A stretch of DNA of 64,000 nt from Candidatus Cloacimonadales bacterium (GCA_963663475.2 CAXXJV010000001.1:2240001-2304000); one strand, 5' to 3'. Shown: positions 27,389-38,312, counted from the first letter of the stretch. Notes: generated by a model from the sequence alone, not told the origin. A program made the numbers and translations.

Positions 27389-29871
27389 TAGTCCTCAACA
27401 ACATCATCTGGGATGATAATTTTTTCACGTATGATAGAGAAAGTGGAAGTTTCCTCTCTTGCAATATTAAAAACAGAGGAAAGAATATCAAAGATATTAA
27501 TCCCAATAAGTTTCTTTTCTACTAAAAGACCATTAGTTAAGAGCTGAATTTTTGAAACATTATCTTTAATATCTAGTTCAAGAGTCTTTTTCTTTTTTTC
27601 TTTAGTAATTTTCCAAGAAGATTGATTTTCGTATTGCTTGACGCCTTCTATAATATTAAGAGCAAATTTCTGGTCGGGAATAATTTTAATGAGTTCTGAT
27701 GAAATTGAATCTAGGTTGCGTTTATCATTTCCTGTTAGTCTTTTAACATCAAAAATCTTCATTTCGTTATAATCAACGAAAGAAAAAGCTTGCAAGATTT
27801 CTTGACAGGTATAATTGCTATTAGATTGAATTTCAAAGAATTCGTTCAAGCCTTCGATACCCAAAGATAAAGGAGGTGCTAGTTTAATTTTTGGATGATG
27901 ATTAAAGCCTTGAGTATATATAACCTGTAGATTACTCTTTCTTACTATTCTATAAATCATTCTCATGAGATCAAGATGACCAACATATTTAAGGATTCCA
28001 GTCTTTTGATAATAAATCCGGTAGTAATATCTAGGTGAGATATCACTTAATGGCTCTTGCGAGTTATTTTTTAAAACAAAATCAGCAGCTAGTTTAGTGA
28101 AAATATTTTTCCCTAAGCTTAGTCTGTGATCTTGGTCACAAACTCCACAATCTGTGCAATAACTCAGGCAGCCCTCAGTAGTTTCTTCAGCTATCGCTTT
28201 TTGATTCTCAGCTATTAAGAACTCTTTTTTAATACTTAAATCAATTTTATCCCAAGGGAAAACATAATCTTGAGGATATTCTTTGATAAAACTGCTATAA
28301 TCTATCCCAGTATCAGCAAATGTTTTTTCCCATTTCTTAAAATCGAAGAATTCTCTCCAACCATCAAAATATACTCCATTTTCATAGGCTTTAATTAAGG
28401 CTTCATTTAAGCTGGCATCACCCCTAGCGAAAATGGCTTCGAGCAGAGAAGATTCAATTTCATGGTATTTAATTTTAATATATTTAAAGGAAGAAAAAGC
28501 ATTTTTAATCTTGATAGCACGGGCTAAAAGTCTTTCTTTATCAAGCATAGCTGCCCATTGGAAAGGAGTATGAGGTTTAGGTACGAAAGGAGAAATAGTC
28601 ACATTAATGCTTAATTTCTTGCCAGCCTTAAGTCTAATTTTATTAATAAGATTGATAATTTCATCAATATCTTCATCATTTTCATAAGGAAGACCAATCA
28701 TAAAATACAATTTTACAAGCTGCCAATTGAATCTTAAAGCAGTATCAATGCCTTCTAATATTTCATCTTCAGTGATATTTTTATTTATGATATTTCTTAA
28801 TCTTTGAGACCCTGCTTCTGGAGCTATAGTAAGCCCTGTTTTACCTAAATTTTCAACAAGTGTTATAAGAGAATCATCTAAGGTATCAACCCGTAAAGAA
28901 GGCAAAGAAACTTTTGTTTCTGAATCACCTAATCTTTTTTTCATTTCGATTAACAGAGGCTTTATACAGAAGTAATCTGAAGATGATAAGGAAGATAAAT
29001 TTACTTCTTCCCAACCATTATTTTGGATTTCTAACAACATGTCTTGTAGAATATCTTGTGCATTCCTCTCTCTTACAGGACGGTAAAAATATCCAGCATG
29101 ACAGAATCTACATCCTCGAGAGCATCCTCTCATAATTTCGGCTACATATCTATCGTGAGTAGCTTGTTGCCAAGCTATCAGCTGATTATTATGCTTGGCT
29201 GAATTGTCCGAAAATTTCCAATATTTACGAATAGTTACGGATTCCTGTTGAAGAGAAGGTACATACCAACCAGGGCATTTTGCTAAATCTTCTAGTATCT
29301 GTTTTTTATTATTTCTTCCATGTTTGGCTATTAAATCTTTTATCTCAATAATAGCTTCTTCCCCTTCACCAATTAAAACTGCATCAAAAATTTTACTCAA
29401 AGGAGCTGGATTTGTGATACTAGGTCCTCCTCCAATAATTAAAGGGAATGCAGCTCTATCTTTAGCATAATAAGGGATTTGAGCTAAATCTAACATATAG
29501 ATAATATTAGAAAAATTTAACTCTGATTGGAGTGTGAAACCTAAAAGGTCAAAATCTTTCAAAGCAACCTTACTTTCAATTGCAAAAAGTGGCTTATTGT
29601 TGGCTTTAAGCAAGTCGCCCATATCAGGCCAAGGAGCATAGGCTCTGTCTGCTATTGAATTTTCTTGATTATTCAAAATAGAATATAGTATTTTAAGACC
29701 TAGATGAGAAAAACCAACTTCATAAAGATCGGGAAATACTAAACAGATATTTACTAAATCTTCTGATAAAGTTACATTGTAGGCATTCAATTCTAGACCT
29801 ATATATCGTGAAGGTTTATTAACTGATGCAAGTAAGCTACTCACATCTACTTTTTTATATTGTTCATTCAT
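27388..29871 (-). CDS. TIGR03960-type radical SAM protein fused to a TIGR03936-type domain
   Basis: KPSRYIG.E.N, FPDLYEVG, RGCSRGCRFC and PKPHTPFQW; C-terminal GHLDLMR...YTQGFNHHPK. Confidence 0.85.
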   Translation of the reverse strand: MNEQYKKVDVSSLLASVNKPSRYIGLELNAYNVTLSEDLVNICLVFPDLYEVGFSHLGLKILYSILNNQENSIADRAYAPWPDMGDLLKANNKPLFAIESKVALKDFDLLGFTLQSELNFSNIIYMLDLAQIPYYAKDRAAFPLIIGGGPSITNPAPLSKIFDAVLIGEGEEAIIEIKDLIAKHGRNNKKQILEDLAKCPGWYVPSLQQESVTIRKYWKFSDNSAKHNNQLIAWQQATHDRYVAEIMRGCSRGCRFCHAGYFYRPVRERNAQDILQDMLLEIQNNGWEEVNLSSLSSSDYFCIKPLLIEMKKRLGDSETKVSLPSLRVDTLDDSLITLVENLGKTGLTIAPEAGSQRLRNIINKNITEDEILEGIDTALRFNWQLVKLYFMIGLPYENDEDIDEIINLINKIRLKAGKKLSINVTISPFVPKPHTPFQWAAMLDKERLLARAIKIKNAFSSFKYIKIKYHEIESSLLEAIFARGDASLNEALIKAYENGVYFDGWREFFDFKKWEKTFADTGIDYSSFIKEYPQDYVFPWDKIDLSIKKEFLIAENQKAIAEETTEGCLSYCTDCGVCDQDHRLSLGKNIFTKLAADFVLKNNSQEPLSDISPRYYYRIYYQKTGILKYVGHLDLMRMIYRIVRKSNLQVIYTQGFNHHPKIKLAPPLSLGIEGLNEFFEIQSNSNYTCQEILQAFSFVDYNEMKIFDVKRLTGNDKRNLDSISSELIKIIPDQKFALNIIEGVKQYENQSSWKITKEKKKKTLELDIKDNVSKIQLLTNGLLVEKKLIGINIFDILSSVFNIAREETSTFSIIREKIIIPDDVVED

Positions 29872-29929
29872 TATTATTATTAAAATTCCTTTAGACTATT
29901 TAATTTTATATGTTTGAGAGAATATATTC

Positions 29930-30436
29930 CTACTCAAATTGTACTAAAAATGATAATTCTCGGTTTAAAGCACTATAGGTATTCATTTTTATTGTAAAAA
30001 CATTTATGCCAAAAATAAACTCATTATACTCGTCAGGAACCTCTATATCTATACTATTTTCAGCAGCCTTCAGAGCCTCTTTATCAATCCTACTAATAGC
30101 AGATAAAGCTAAATAGAGAGCATCGTAAGATTCAATAAATTGAGTATGCAAGAATTTAACTTTCACTGTAGATGGTTTAATTTTAACTATAGCCTTTAAA
30201 TACTCTTCTAAGGAATTTAAATAATCCCCTTGTAAATAGTCAATAAGTTCATATAGTGCTTGAGAATCTTCTTGTGAGATTCTTTCTAATAAGTCCTCAA
30301 GAGTTGGATTTGATACAAGATCCTGATACTTCTCCATCTCTTGGGCATAGGATTCTAAATCCGCTTTTAAGCCCTGACTAAATACTAATCCAATCATTAG
30401 TAGTAATATACATGTAAGTGAAATTCTTTTTAACAT
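29930..30436 (-). CDS. Hypothetical exported helical protein
   Basis: Signal-peptide-like N-terminus; start overlaps the hldD stop. Confidence 0.6.
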   Translation of the reverse strand: MLKRISLTCILLLMIGLVFSQGLKADLESYAQEMEKYQDLVSNPTLEDLLERISQEDSQALYELIDYLQGDYLNSLEEYLKAIVKIKPSTVKVKFLHTQFIESYDALYLALSAISRIDKEALKAAENSIDIEVPDEYNEFIFGINVFTIKMNTYSALNRELSFLVQFE

Positions 30437-31404
30437 TAATAGATCCTCATACCCTTAGCTAAATAGTTTTGTACATAATCTTTTACGCCATCTTCAAGAC
30501 TAGTAAAGCCTTTATCCCAGCCAGCTTCAATTAACTTGTCATTATCTGCTTGCGTAAAATACTGATATTTTCCTTGTAAATGTTCAGGCATATCAATATA
30601 TTTAATTTGCTCTTGATAACCTAAACTAGTAAATACTGCTCTGGCTAAATCATTCCATGTTCTTGCCTGACCTGTCCCAATATTGAAAACTCCATTTATT
30701 GATGGATTTTTCATCATCCACCAGATTATCTTTACTACATCTTTTACATAAATAAAGTCTCTCTTTTGTTCACCATCTAAATATTGCTCATTATATGACT
30801 TAAATAGCTTTACTTGACCGCTAGCTTTAATCTGATTAAAAGAATTATAAACAACACTAGTCATAGACCCTTTATGATATTCATTAGGGCCATAGACATT
30901 GAAAAATCTTAGACTGCATACAGAATCAATAAAACCCATTCTTAAAGCAACTTCATCCATATATTGCTTAGAATATCCATACATATTTAAAGGACGATAT
31001 TTGAAAAGATTATCATGTTGATCTGAGTAACCAAGACTTCCATCACCATAGCTAGCTGCTGAACTTGCGTAAATGAAACGAACTTGATTTTCTAAAGACC
31101 ATTCCATCAGTATTCTGGTATATTCTGTATTATTTTGATAAAGGTAATCAGCATCTAGTTCAGTTGTAGATGAACAGGCTCCCATATGGATGATTGCCTC
31201 TACCTGAGGATAAACACCTTCAAGTAATTCTTCTATAAATCTATCCTTATGTATATATTCATTATATTTCTTTCCTACTAAGTTCTTCCACTTTTCTGTC
31301 TTACCCAAATTATCTACTATAACAATGTCCTCTATTCCCTTTTTATTTAAATATGAGACTAGAACACTTCCTATAAAACCAGCTCCTCCAGTTACTATAA
31401 TCAT
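30436..31404 (-). CDS. hldD: ADP-L-glycero-D-manno-heptose 6-epimerase
   Basis: MIIVTGGAGFIGS, HMGACSST, YASSAA, FFNVYGPNEYHKG and YQYFTQAD; start after AAGGAG. Confidence 0.92.
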   Translation of the reverse strand: MIIVTGGAGFIGSVLVSYLNKKGIEDIVIVDNLGKTEKWKNLVGKKYNEYIHKDRFIEELLEGVYPQVEAIIHMGACSSTTELDADYLYQNNTEYTRILMEWSLENQVRFIYASSAASYGDGSLGYSDQHDNLFKYRPLNMYGYSKQYMDEVALRMGFIDSVCSLRFFNVYGPNEYHKGSMTSVVYNSFNQIKASGQVKLFKSYNEQYLDGEQKRDFIYVKDVVKIIWWMMKNPSINGVFNIGTGQARTWNDLARAVFTSLGYQEQIKYIDMPEHLQGKYQYFTQADNDKLIEAGWDKGFTSLEDGVKDYVQNYLAKGMRIY

Positions 31405-31405
31405 C

Positions 31406-32209
31406 TTACACTCCTTTAAATTCAAAAATTAACAATAGAAAATAGAATATAGGTGCAGATACAAATAAAGAATCAAATCTATCAATAATTCCACCATGAC
31501 CTGGTATCAGATTAGAAGAATCTTTTACGTTTAAATCACGTTTAATTATTGATTCTATCAAGTCGCCAAACTGTCCAAATATACCTGCTGAAATAATAGC
31601 ATATACAATGTGCCAGCCCATGAACCAATCAGTTGTTAAATATATAATTGCACCTACTAAGCCTGTTAAGAAAAAACCACCTAAAAAACCTTCTAAGGAT
31701 TTCTTAGGACTAGCTTTAAAAATATTTCTATGCTTACCAAATTTCATACCTACAAAATAGGCAAAGGAATCTGTTGTCCAGCAAAATACTTGTAATAATA
31801 AGACAAGTTTATAGTCTGGAAAATGACTAGATATCCTATAAATTGAGGCAGGCATTATTACTGTATAAACCATTGCCATTAATGAAAAACCAATGATGGA
31901 AGCTGTGTGCTCTATCTTATTCATTATCACATTGTTACCCGCTACAATAATAAAGGTGCCGATAATGGCAAAGTTTATATATTCAAAGCCTTTTAAAGCA
32001 GATAAAAGGAAGACTGGTATTGATAGGGGAATCAGTAAAACAGGAATATAATAGTTCTTACCTTCTTTTATGATATTTCTCATTTCCCACATAGCTGCAA
32101 AACTAACTAATCCTAAAAAAACTAATAAAGATATGCCTCCATAGAAATATACTAGTAGAAGCAAAGGAATAAAAATTATGGATACAATAACTCTTTTTAG
32201 TAATTCCAT
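31406..32209 (-). CDS. cdsA: Phosphatidate cytidylyltransferase
   Basis: DSFAYFVG, SPKKSLEG and KDSSNLIPGHGGIIDRFD. Confidence 0.94.
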   Translation of the reverse strand: MELLKRVIVSIIFIPLLLLVYFYGGISLLVFLGLVSFAAMWEMRNIIKEGKNYYIPVLLIPLSIPVFLLSALKGFEYINFAIIGTFIIVAGNNVIMNKIEHTASIIGFSLMAMVYTVIMPASIYRISSHFPDYKLVLLLQVFCWTTDSFAYFVGMKFGKHRNIFKASPKKSLEGFLGGFFLTGLVGAIIYLTTDWFMGWHIVYAIISAGIFGQFGDLIESIIKRDLNVKDSSNLIPGHGGIIDRFDSLFVSAPIFYFLLLIFEFKGV

Positions 32210-32946
32210 TATACAGCTCCAAATCGTCTATCGCGATTTTGATAATCAATGATCGCTTGCATTAAATTCTCTTTTGAAAAGTCTGGCCAAAGCTCAGGAG
32301 TAAACCAAAACTCAGTATAAGCATTTTGCCAAAGTAAATAATTTGAAAGTCTCATCTCCCCGCTAGTTCTAATAAGTAGTTCTGGATCAGGAACACCAGC
32401 AGTGTAGAGATAAGAAGATAAAATGTCTTCTGTTACCTCTTGGCAGTCTAATTTTCCAGCTTCTTTATCCTCAATAATTCTATTGACGGCATCTAATATC
32501 TCTCTGCGTGAACCATAATTGATGGCTATAAGGACTGTTAATCCAGTATTAGCCAGTGATTTTTCACATGCTTTGTCTATCTGATCAATAAAATTTCCAT
32601 CAAGTTCTTTTCTAGAACCAATAAACTTTAATCTTACATTGTTTTTAATTAAATCATCAAATTCTTTAAAAAGGGTGTTAATTATAAGCTTGAATAATCC
32701 AGTGATTTCGCTCTTTGGCCTGCTCCAGTTTTCAGTTGAAAATGTGTATAGCGTTAAATATTTAACACCTATTTCATGACATCCTTCAATGACTCTTCTT
32801 ACTGCTTCAGCTCCATGCTTATGACCATAAAGTCTGTTTTGCAGACGTTTCTTAGCCCATCTTCCATTACCATCCATTATTACAGCTATATGTTTTGGTA
32901 CTCGATTTTTATCTATTCTCTTCATGAGCTCTTGATATCTTTCCAT
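32209..32946 (-). CDS. uppS: Undecaprenyl diphosphate synthase
   Basis: HIAVIMDGNGRWA, FSTENW and RTSGEMRLSNYLLWQ. Confidence 0.95.
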   Translation of the reverse strand: MERYQELMKRIDKNRVPKHIAVIMDGNGRWAKKRLQNRLYGHKHGAEAVRRVIEGCHEIGVKYLTLYTFSTENWSRPKSEITGLFKLIINTLFKEFDDLIKNNVRLKFIGSRKELDGNFIDQIDKACEKSLANTGLTVLIAINYGSRREILDAVNRIIEDKEAGKLDCQEVTEDILSSYLYTAGVPDPELLIRTSGEMRLSNYLLWQNAYTEFWFTPELWPDFSKENLMQAIIDYQNRDRRFGAV

Positions 32947-34059
32947 TAATTATTCTCCGCATTAAGTTTGAGAAATGCATTCATAAAGTCGTTTAAATCT
33001 CCATCCATTACCTTGTCTGTATTTCCAATTTCAAAGTTGGTCCTGTGATCTTTTACCATTTGATAAGGATGAAAAACATAGGAACGAATTTGATTTCCCC
33101 AACCAATTTCTGATTTAGTTTGCTCTTCTGCCTCTCTTTCCTTCTTCCTTTCTTCTTCATAATGTTCATATAATCTTGATTTTAAAATTAACATGGCCTT
33201 TTCTCTATTCTGAATCTGTGATCTTTGATTCTGACAAGATGCGACTATATTAGTAGGAAGATGAGTTATCCTTACTGCAGAATCTGTTGTATTAACATGC
33301 TGACCACCAGCACCACTAGCACGATAAGTATCTATTTTCAGGTCTTTAGGATTTATCTCTACATCAATATCATCTGCTATTTCTGCATAAGCATAAACTG
33401 AAGCGAAGGATGTTTGTCTTTTGCCTTGGGCATTAAAAGGAGAAATTCTTACTAATCTATGAATTCCAATCTCTGATTTTAAGTATCCATAAGCAAACTC
33501 TCCTTCGATTTCAAGTGAAACAGACTTAATACCAGCCTCATCACCAGAAATATAATCTACTATTTCATATTTAAAATTATTCTTCTCGCACCAACGAGTG
33601 TACATCCTTAAAAGCATATCAGCCCAGTCTTGAGACTCTGTTCCACCTGCTCCAGGATGAATACTTAAAATAGCATTATTTTTATCGAATTTGCCATTTA
33701 ATAATAGTTCAACCTCCATTTTATCTATCAGAGGTAATACTCTATTAATATATTTGCTAGTTTCATTGATTAAATCAGATGATTGCTCCTCCTCTTCTTC
33801 TATCATTAAGAAGTAGGTCTCAATATCATCGTAAATTGTGTTAATTTTCTTTATTTTATCTAAGCGGTTTTTTGATTGCGACAATTCAATAGTAACTTTT
33901 CTTGCTGCTTTTTGATCATTCCAAAAATCAGGATTATTCATTAAAGATTCTAATTCTTTTATTTCCTTCTCAGTTGCAGCTTGGTCAAAGTAACCTCCGC
34001 ATGTGAATGATTTTATCTTGAATATCTTCTTTTATCTTCTTTAACTCGAATAGTTCCAT
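32946..34059 (-). CDS. prfB: Peptide chain release factor 2, with programmed +1 frameshift
   Basis: SPF and GGQ motifs. A 24-codon upstream frame from ATG 34059 ends in CGGAGGTTA-CTT-TGA-C; the +1 frame continues DQAATEKEIKELESLMNNPDFW. Confidence 0.95.
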
Positions 34060-34154
34060 TAATTCTCCAGATTTATGAATTTATTACATGTTTTTCTTAA
34101 TGGTAAATTAGTCAAGATTTTAAAAATAACCTAGCTTTTAACCACTTTATTTTA

Positions 34155-35444
34155 TCAATTTTGCTTATTTACACTCTTGATATGTAAATCTCTTTGCGGG
34201 AATGGAATCTCAATATTGTTAGCCTTAAAGGAATCCCAAATCTCAATTAATAAATCACTCTTAATGTTTAAAACACCTTTCTGTGGATCATTTATCCAAA
34301 ATTGAACTCTAAAGTTAACTGAAGAATCTCCAAACTCAATTAACTGAACAATTGCCTTAGGCCTTTTAAGTATTCTTTCAACTTTTTTAGTAGCCTCTTC
34401 TAGAAGTTTCATTACCTGATGAATATCAGAATTATAAGACACACCAACATTAACTGACTGCCTAACTAGTTTATTAGAGTGAGACCAATTAACTACTTCA
34501 TTAGTAATAAAAAACTCATTGGGAACAAGGTGTTCTTTACCTTCAATAGTAACAATTGATGTATAACGGGAGCCCATGACTTTGACAGTTCCAAATTGAT
34601 CTGCAACCTCAATAATATCTCCAGGCTTCAAAGAATTATCCAATAATAAGGTTACGCCACTTATTAAGTTTGCTACGACCTTTTGAAGACCAAAACCGAT
34701 ACCAACACCAAGTGCAGATGTAAATAGGGCTAGCGAACCTAAATCTATACCCAGAATATTTATAAATAAAATAGTGGCAAAGACAAAAACTAATACAGTA
34801 ATAGCCTTTATCATCAAAACTTTAATTGTTGGATTTAAATCTTCAGATTGTTCTATTCTTTGTGTAATAAAAGCCATGAAAAGTGTTGCTATTTTAAAAA
34901 TTACTCCAAAATAGACTATAGATCTGATAATACCATAGATAGATATCTTGATACCTGAAATAGTAACCGCTATTGTATCTAGCAAAATGGCTGTATCAGA
35001 ATATAAGTTAAGAATATTGAGTATAATAATAATCCAAGCACTCCAGATAAGAACTTTCTTGAAAAGTTTGTTCTTTATCATCCTTGAAACAACCCTTATT
35101 CCTACCCATAAATATAAAATAATATATATTTGCTCAATAACTGGTAACTTTATCTCTGCATACTTAAATGCTTCATTGGTGAATGATAAAACTATGGCTA
35201 GAATTAGCTTCTTATAAACTGGGTAAATCGAATCATAAAGAATCGAGCCAGCTTGACTTTTCTTGATCCGATAATAATTATTCTTAATTATCTTGTTTAT
35301 TAGGCGATTGAGAAAGAAAGTACCAATTCCTAAAACAAGTAAAATAATAATCTGAAGTAATATATTACTACCTTTGTAAGGCTCAATTACAGATAAGGAT
35401 TTCTCGATTAAAAATGAATAAACTTTATCCATAATTTCTTTCAT
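34155..35444 (-). CDS. MscS-family mechanosensitive channel
   Basis: LGVGIGFGLQ, GDIIEV, VPN...VVNWS and IEIPFPQRD. Confidence 0.92.
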   Translation of the reverse strand: MKEIMDKVYSFLIEKSLSVIEPYKGSNILLQIIILLVLGIGTFFLNRLINKIIKNNYYRIKKSQAGSILYDSIYPVYKKLILAIVLSFTNEAFKYAEIKLPVIEQIYIILYLWVGIRVVSRMIKNKLFKKVLIWSAWIIIILNILNLYSDTAILLDTIAVTISGIKISIYGIIRSIVYFGVIFKIATLFMAFITQRIEQSEDLNPTIKVLMIKAITVLVFVFATILFINILGIDLGSLALFTSALGVGIGFGLQKVVANLISGVTLLLDNSLKPGDIIEVADQFGTVKVMGSRYTSIVTIEGKEHLVPNEFFITNEVVNWSHSNKLVRQSVNVGVSYNSDIHQVMKLLEEATKKVERILKRPKAIVQLIEFGDSSVNFRVQFWINDPQKGVLNIKSDLLIEIWDSFKANNIEIPFPQRDLHIKSVNKQN

Positions 35445-35445
35445 A

Positions 35446-36111
35446 TTACTTAATACCTACTGCTATACCATTATTATTTAAATCAAATTTATATTCATAA
35501 AGTATATTATTATTATTATAAATTTCTTTAGATATCAGACTTCCTGCTTTGTCATAATTAAATTTATATTGAGCATTGCTATCATTCCAGTCAATTGATT
35601 TAATTCTATTATCGCTACTTAGTATCTTAGCAGAATATACTACTGACCTACCTAAGATATTGAAATTATCATATTTAATGTTAAATGGAATTACCTGCAC
35701 AGATGTTGGTCGCTCATCCTTATAAGTAAGCACAAACTTTACTAGATCTCTGCTATTTAAAAAGGTATATTCTTTAGAATTACTTTTCGTATTAATGTTT
35801 ATCTCACTAAACTCTTTATTAACATTGAAGATATACTTATTCAACTCATGAAAATAATTTCCAATAGAAGAGAAAGATTTAATCTTAACTAATTGCTGAT
35901 TCTCATAGAAGAACTGAAAGTATTCATTATTTTCAAGTTGATCTTGTTCAAGTTCATTAACTCCTGTTAAGGTTAAGTCATTATTAACTTTAATAAATTG
36001 GTAGTATTTTTCATACTTGCCTTTAGTTATAGTTTGCTTTTCTTCGAATCTGCTGCAAGATAAGGTGAAAATAATTAACGTAATTAGTAACAATATATAC
36101 TTATATTTCAT
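35446..36111 (-). CDS. Hypothetical lipoprotein
   Basis: Lipobox-like TLSC after a hydrophobic stretch. Confidence 0.65.
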   Translation of the reverse strand: MKYKYILLLITLIIFTLSCSRFEEKQTITKGKYEKYYQFIKVNNDLTLTGVNELEQDQLENNEYFQFFYENQQLVKIKSFSSIGNYFHELNKYIFNVNKEFSEININTKSNSKEYTFLNSRDLVKFVLTYKDERPTSVQVIPFNIKYDNFNILGRSVVYSAKILSSDNRIKSIDWNDSNAQYKFNYDKAGSLISKEIYNNNNILYEYKFDLNNNGIAVGIK

Positions 36112-36187
36112 AATGACTCCTATTATAATTAAATGATAATAATAAATATTACCTTTAAGAGAATCTTGTCAATATAAAAGCATAAAT

Positions 36188-37576
36188 TTATTTTTTCTCC
36201 CATTTAGTACCATCTTTAGTATCTAATAACTGAATACCTTCTTTTAGAAGTTCATCCCTAATCTTATCAGATAACGCCCAATTCTTATTCTCTTTAGCAC
36301 TATTGCGGATATCAATCAAAATGGATAATAACTTACTAGATAGATCACCCAAATCATTTGATAATTTAGCAGCTAGATCCTGGAAAAAGCCTAAAACACT
36401 TCCTAATTCTACAAGTAAATTAGCTGCTTGCTTTCTATTTTCTTCATTTTCTTTAGTTGATTTTATAGTTTTAGCTAAATCGAACATTACTGATAAGGCT
36501 TTTGCAGTATTGAAATCATCATCCATCGCAGTAATGAACTCAGTTTTTTTACCTTCAAATCTGTCTGAGTAATTTACTTCTTCATCTCTAGATGTAAAAT
36601 TTATTGATTTTAGAGCAGAATAGAAGTTTTTCACTGCTGTATCTGATTCTTGCATTATAGAGCGATTAAAATCAATAGGTGATCTGTAATGCTTTGACAA
36701 GAAGAAAAAGCGAATCGCTTCAGCATTATATTCTTTTAAAATGTCTCGTGCAGTAAAGAAGTTGTTTAGACTTTTAGACATCTTCTCACCTTCAATATTA
36801 ATAAAACCATTATGCATCCAGTAATTGGCTAAAGGCTTATTAGATAGAGCTTGAGCTTGAGCATTTTCATTTTCATGATGAGGAAAAACTAAATCAACTC
36901 CTCCTCCATGAATATCAAATGATTGGCATTGGAGATATTTTTGAGAAAGCACTACACATTCAGAATGCCAACCAGGTCTGCCTTGTCCCCAAGGAGAATT
37001 CCATGTTGGTTCATCTGGTTTAGCTTTCTTCCACAGTGTAAAATCAGCTGGATGTCTTTTATTCGTGTTAGCTTCTACTCTTGCTCCAGCTTTTTGATCA
37101 TCTATTTTCTTCCCTGAGAGCATTCCATAGTCTTTGAAACTTTCAACAGAAAAATAAACATCACCCTTTACTTCATAAGCAAAACCTTTATTCTCTAAAT
37201 CTTTTATAAGTTTTATTATCTCACCAATAACTTCTGAGGCCTTAGGTTGAAAGTCAGGTTTTCTAATGCCTAATTTCTCGGTATCTTCCTGGAAAGCTGC
37301 AATATATTTTTTAGCTATTTGCTTAAAAGAGGAATTATCTTCAATTGCTTTGTTTATAATTTTGTCATCAATATCGGTAATGTTTTGGGCATAGGTGACT
37401 TGATAGCCTTTGTACTCAAAGTAATTTCTAACCACATCAAAAAAAACAAATGGACGGGCATTCCCAATATGGAAATAGTTATAAACTGTAGGTCCACAGG
37501 CATACATTTTAACCTTATTAGCTTCTATAGGTTTAAATTCTTCTTTCTTTTTGGTTAATGTATTATATATTTTCAT
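36188..37576 (-). CDS. cysS: Cysteine--tRNA ligase
   Basis: CGPTVY..HIGN, GRPGWH and KMSKS. Confidence 0.97.
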   Translation of the reverse strand: MKIYNTLTKKKEEFKPIEANKVKMYACGPTVYNYFHIGNARPFVFFDVVRNYFEYKGYQVTYAQNITDIDDKIINKAIEDNSSFKQIAKKYIAAFQEDTEKLGIRKPDFQPKASEVIGEIIKLIKDLENKGFAYEVKGDVYFSVESFKDYGMLSGKKIDDQKAGARVEANTNKRHPADFTLWKKAKPDEPTWNSPWGQGRPGWHSECVVLSQKYLQCQSFDIHGGGVDLVFPHHENENAQAQALSNKPLANYWMHNGFINIEGEKMSKSLNNFFTARDILKEYNAEAIRFFFLSKHYRSPIDFNRSIMQESDTAVKNFYSALKSINFTSRDEEVNYSDRFEGKKTEFITAMDDDFNTAKALSVMFDLAKTIKSTKENEENRKQAANLLVELGSVLGFFQDLAAKLSNDLGDLSSKLLSILIDIRNSAKENKNWALSDKIRDELLKEGIQLLDTKDGTKWEKK

Positions 37577-38141
37577 TTTTATCCTCAGTAATATTTATAT
37601 TTTCGTTATTAGTTTCAATGATAGTAAGACTTGCCATTTTTTTATCACAATTATAAGATATCATTGAATGATATTTGTCAGGTATTGATTCTTTGCGTGA
37701 ATGTTCAATAAGAATAGCACCATTAATATTTAAAAGATTATTTTCAATTATTAAATCTATAGTTTTTCCTATTAGACCTTTATCATAGGGAGGATCAACT
37801 AGAATTACATCATATTTATCTTGGCTTTTCTTAAGAAAAGAAAGAACATTCCTTTTATGAATTCGGCAAAGATTTTTTGTTTTAGTTTTTTCTATATTAG
37901 CAAAAAGAGCTTGTAGTGCATTGTTAGACATTTCAACAAAGTCTGCAGTTTTGGCTCCTCTGCTAAGAGCTTCTAAACCTAAGGCTCCAGTTCCAGCAAA
38001 AAGATCTAGCACTTTTTTATCTTCTAAATCTTGATATACAGAGAATATATACTCTCTAAAGTAATCAGTAGTCGGTCTGGTGCTTTTCCCATTCACAGAG
38101 AAAATATTCATACCTTTAAATTTTCCAGCAATAATTCTCAT
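37563..38141 (-). CDS. rsmD: 16S rRNA m2G966 methyltransferase
   Basis: MRIIAG, TRPT, DLFAGTGALGLEALSRGA and DPPY. Confidence 0.93.
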   Translation of the reverse strand: MRIIAGKFKGMNIFSVNGKSTRPTTDYFREYIFSVYQDLEDKKVLDLFAGTGALGLEALSRGAKTADFVEMSNNALQALFANIEKTKTKNLCRIHKRNVLSFLKKSQDKYDVILVDPPYDKGLIGKTIDLIIENNLLNINGAILIEHSRKESIPDKYHSMISYNCDKKMASLTIIETNNENINITEDKNENI

Positions 38142-38305
38142 TTCTTTTTCCTTGAATAACCTGTAAATTTTATTTCTAACTGTTCTTCTTTTTGTTGAAA
38201 GTTAGGACATGTTAATAGTTCCAGTGTTTTTAACTGCTTACACTTTTTTTTACACTTGAGACACAAGGAATTATATTCAGTTTTATCTTTATCTTTTATA
38301 TTCAT
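38138..38305 (-). CDS. 55-aa Cys-rich hypothetical protein (below the ORF-track cutoff)
   Basis: MNIKDKDKTEYNSLCLKCKKKCKQLKTLELLTCPNFQQKEEQLEIKFTGYSRKKK; fills the gap between two genes, with ATGA overlap onto rsmD. Confidence 0.7.
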   Translation of the reverse strand: MNIKDKDKTEYNSLCLKCKKKCKQLKTLELLTCPNFQQKEEQLEIKFTGYSRKKK

Positions 38306-38312
38306 AATCTAT

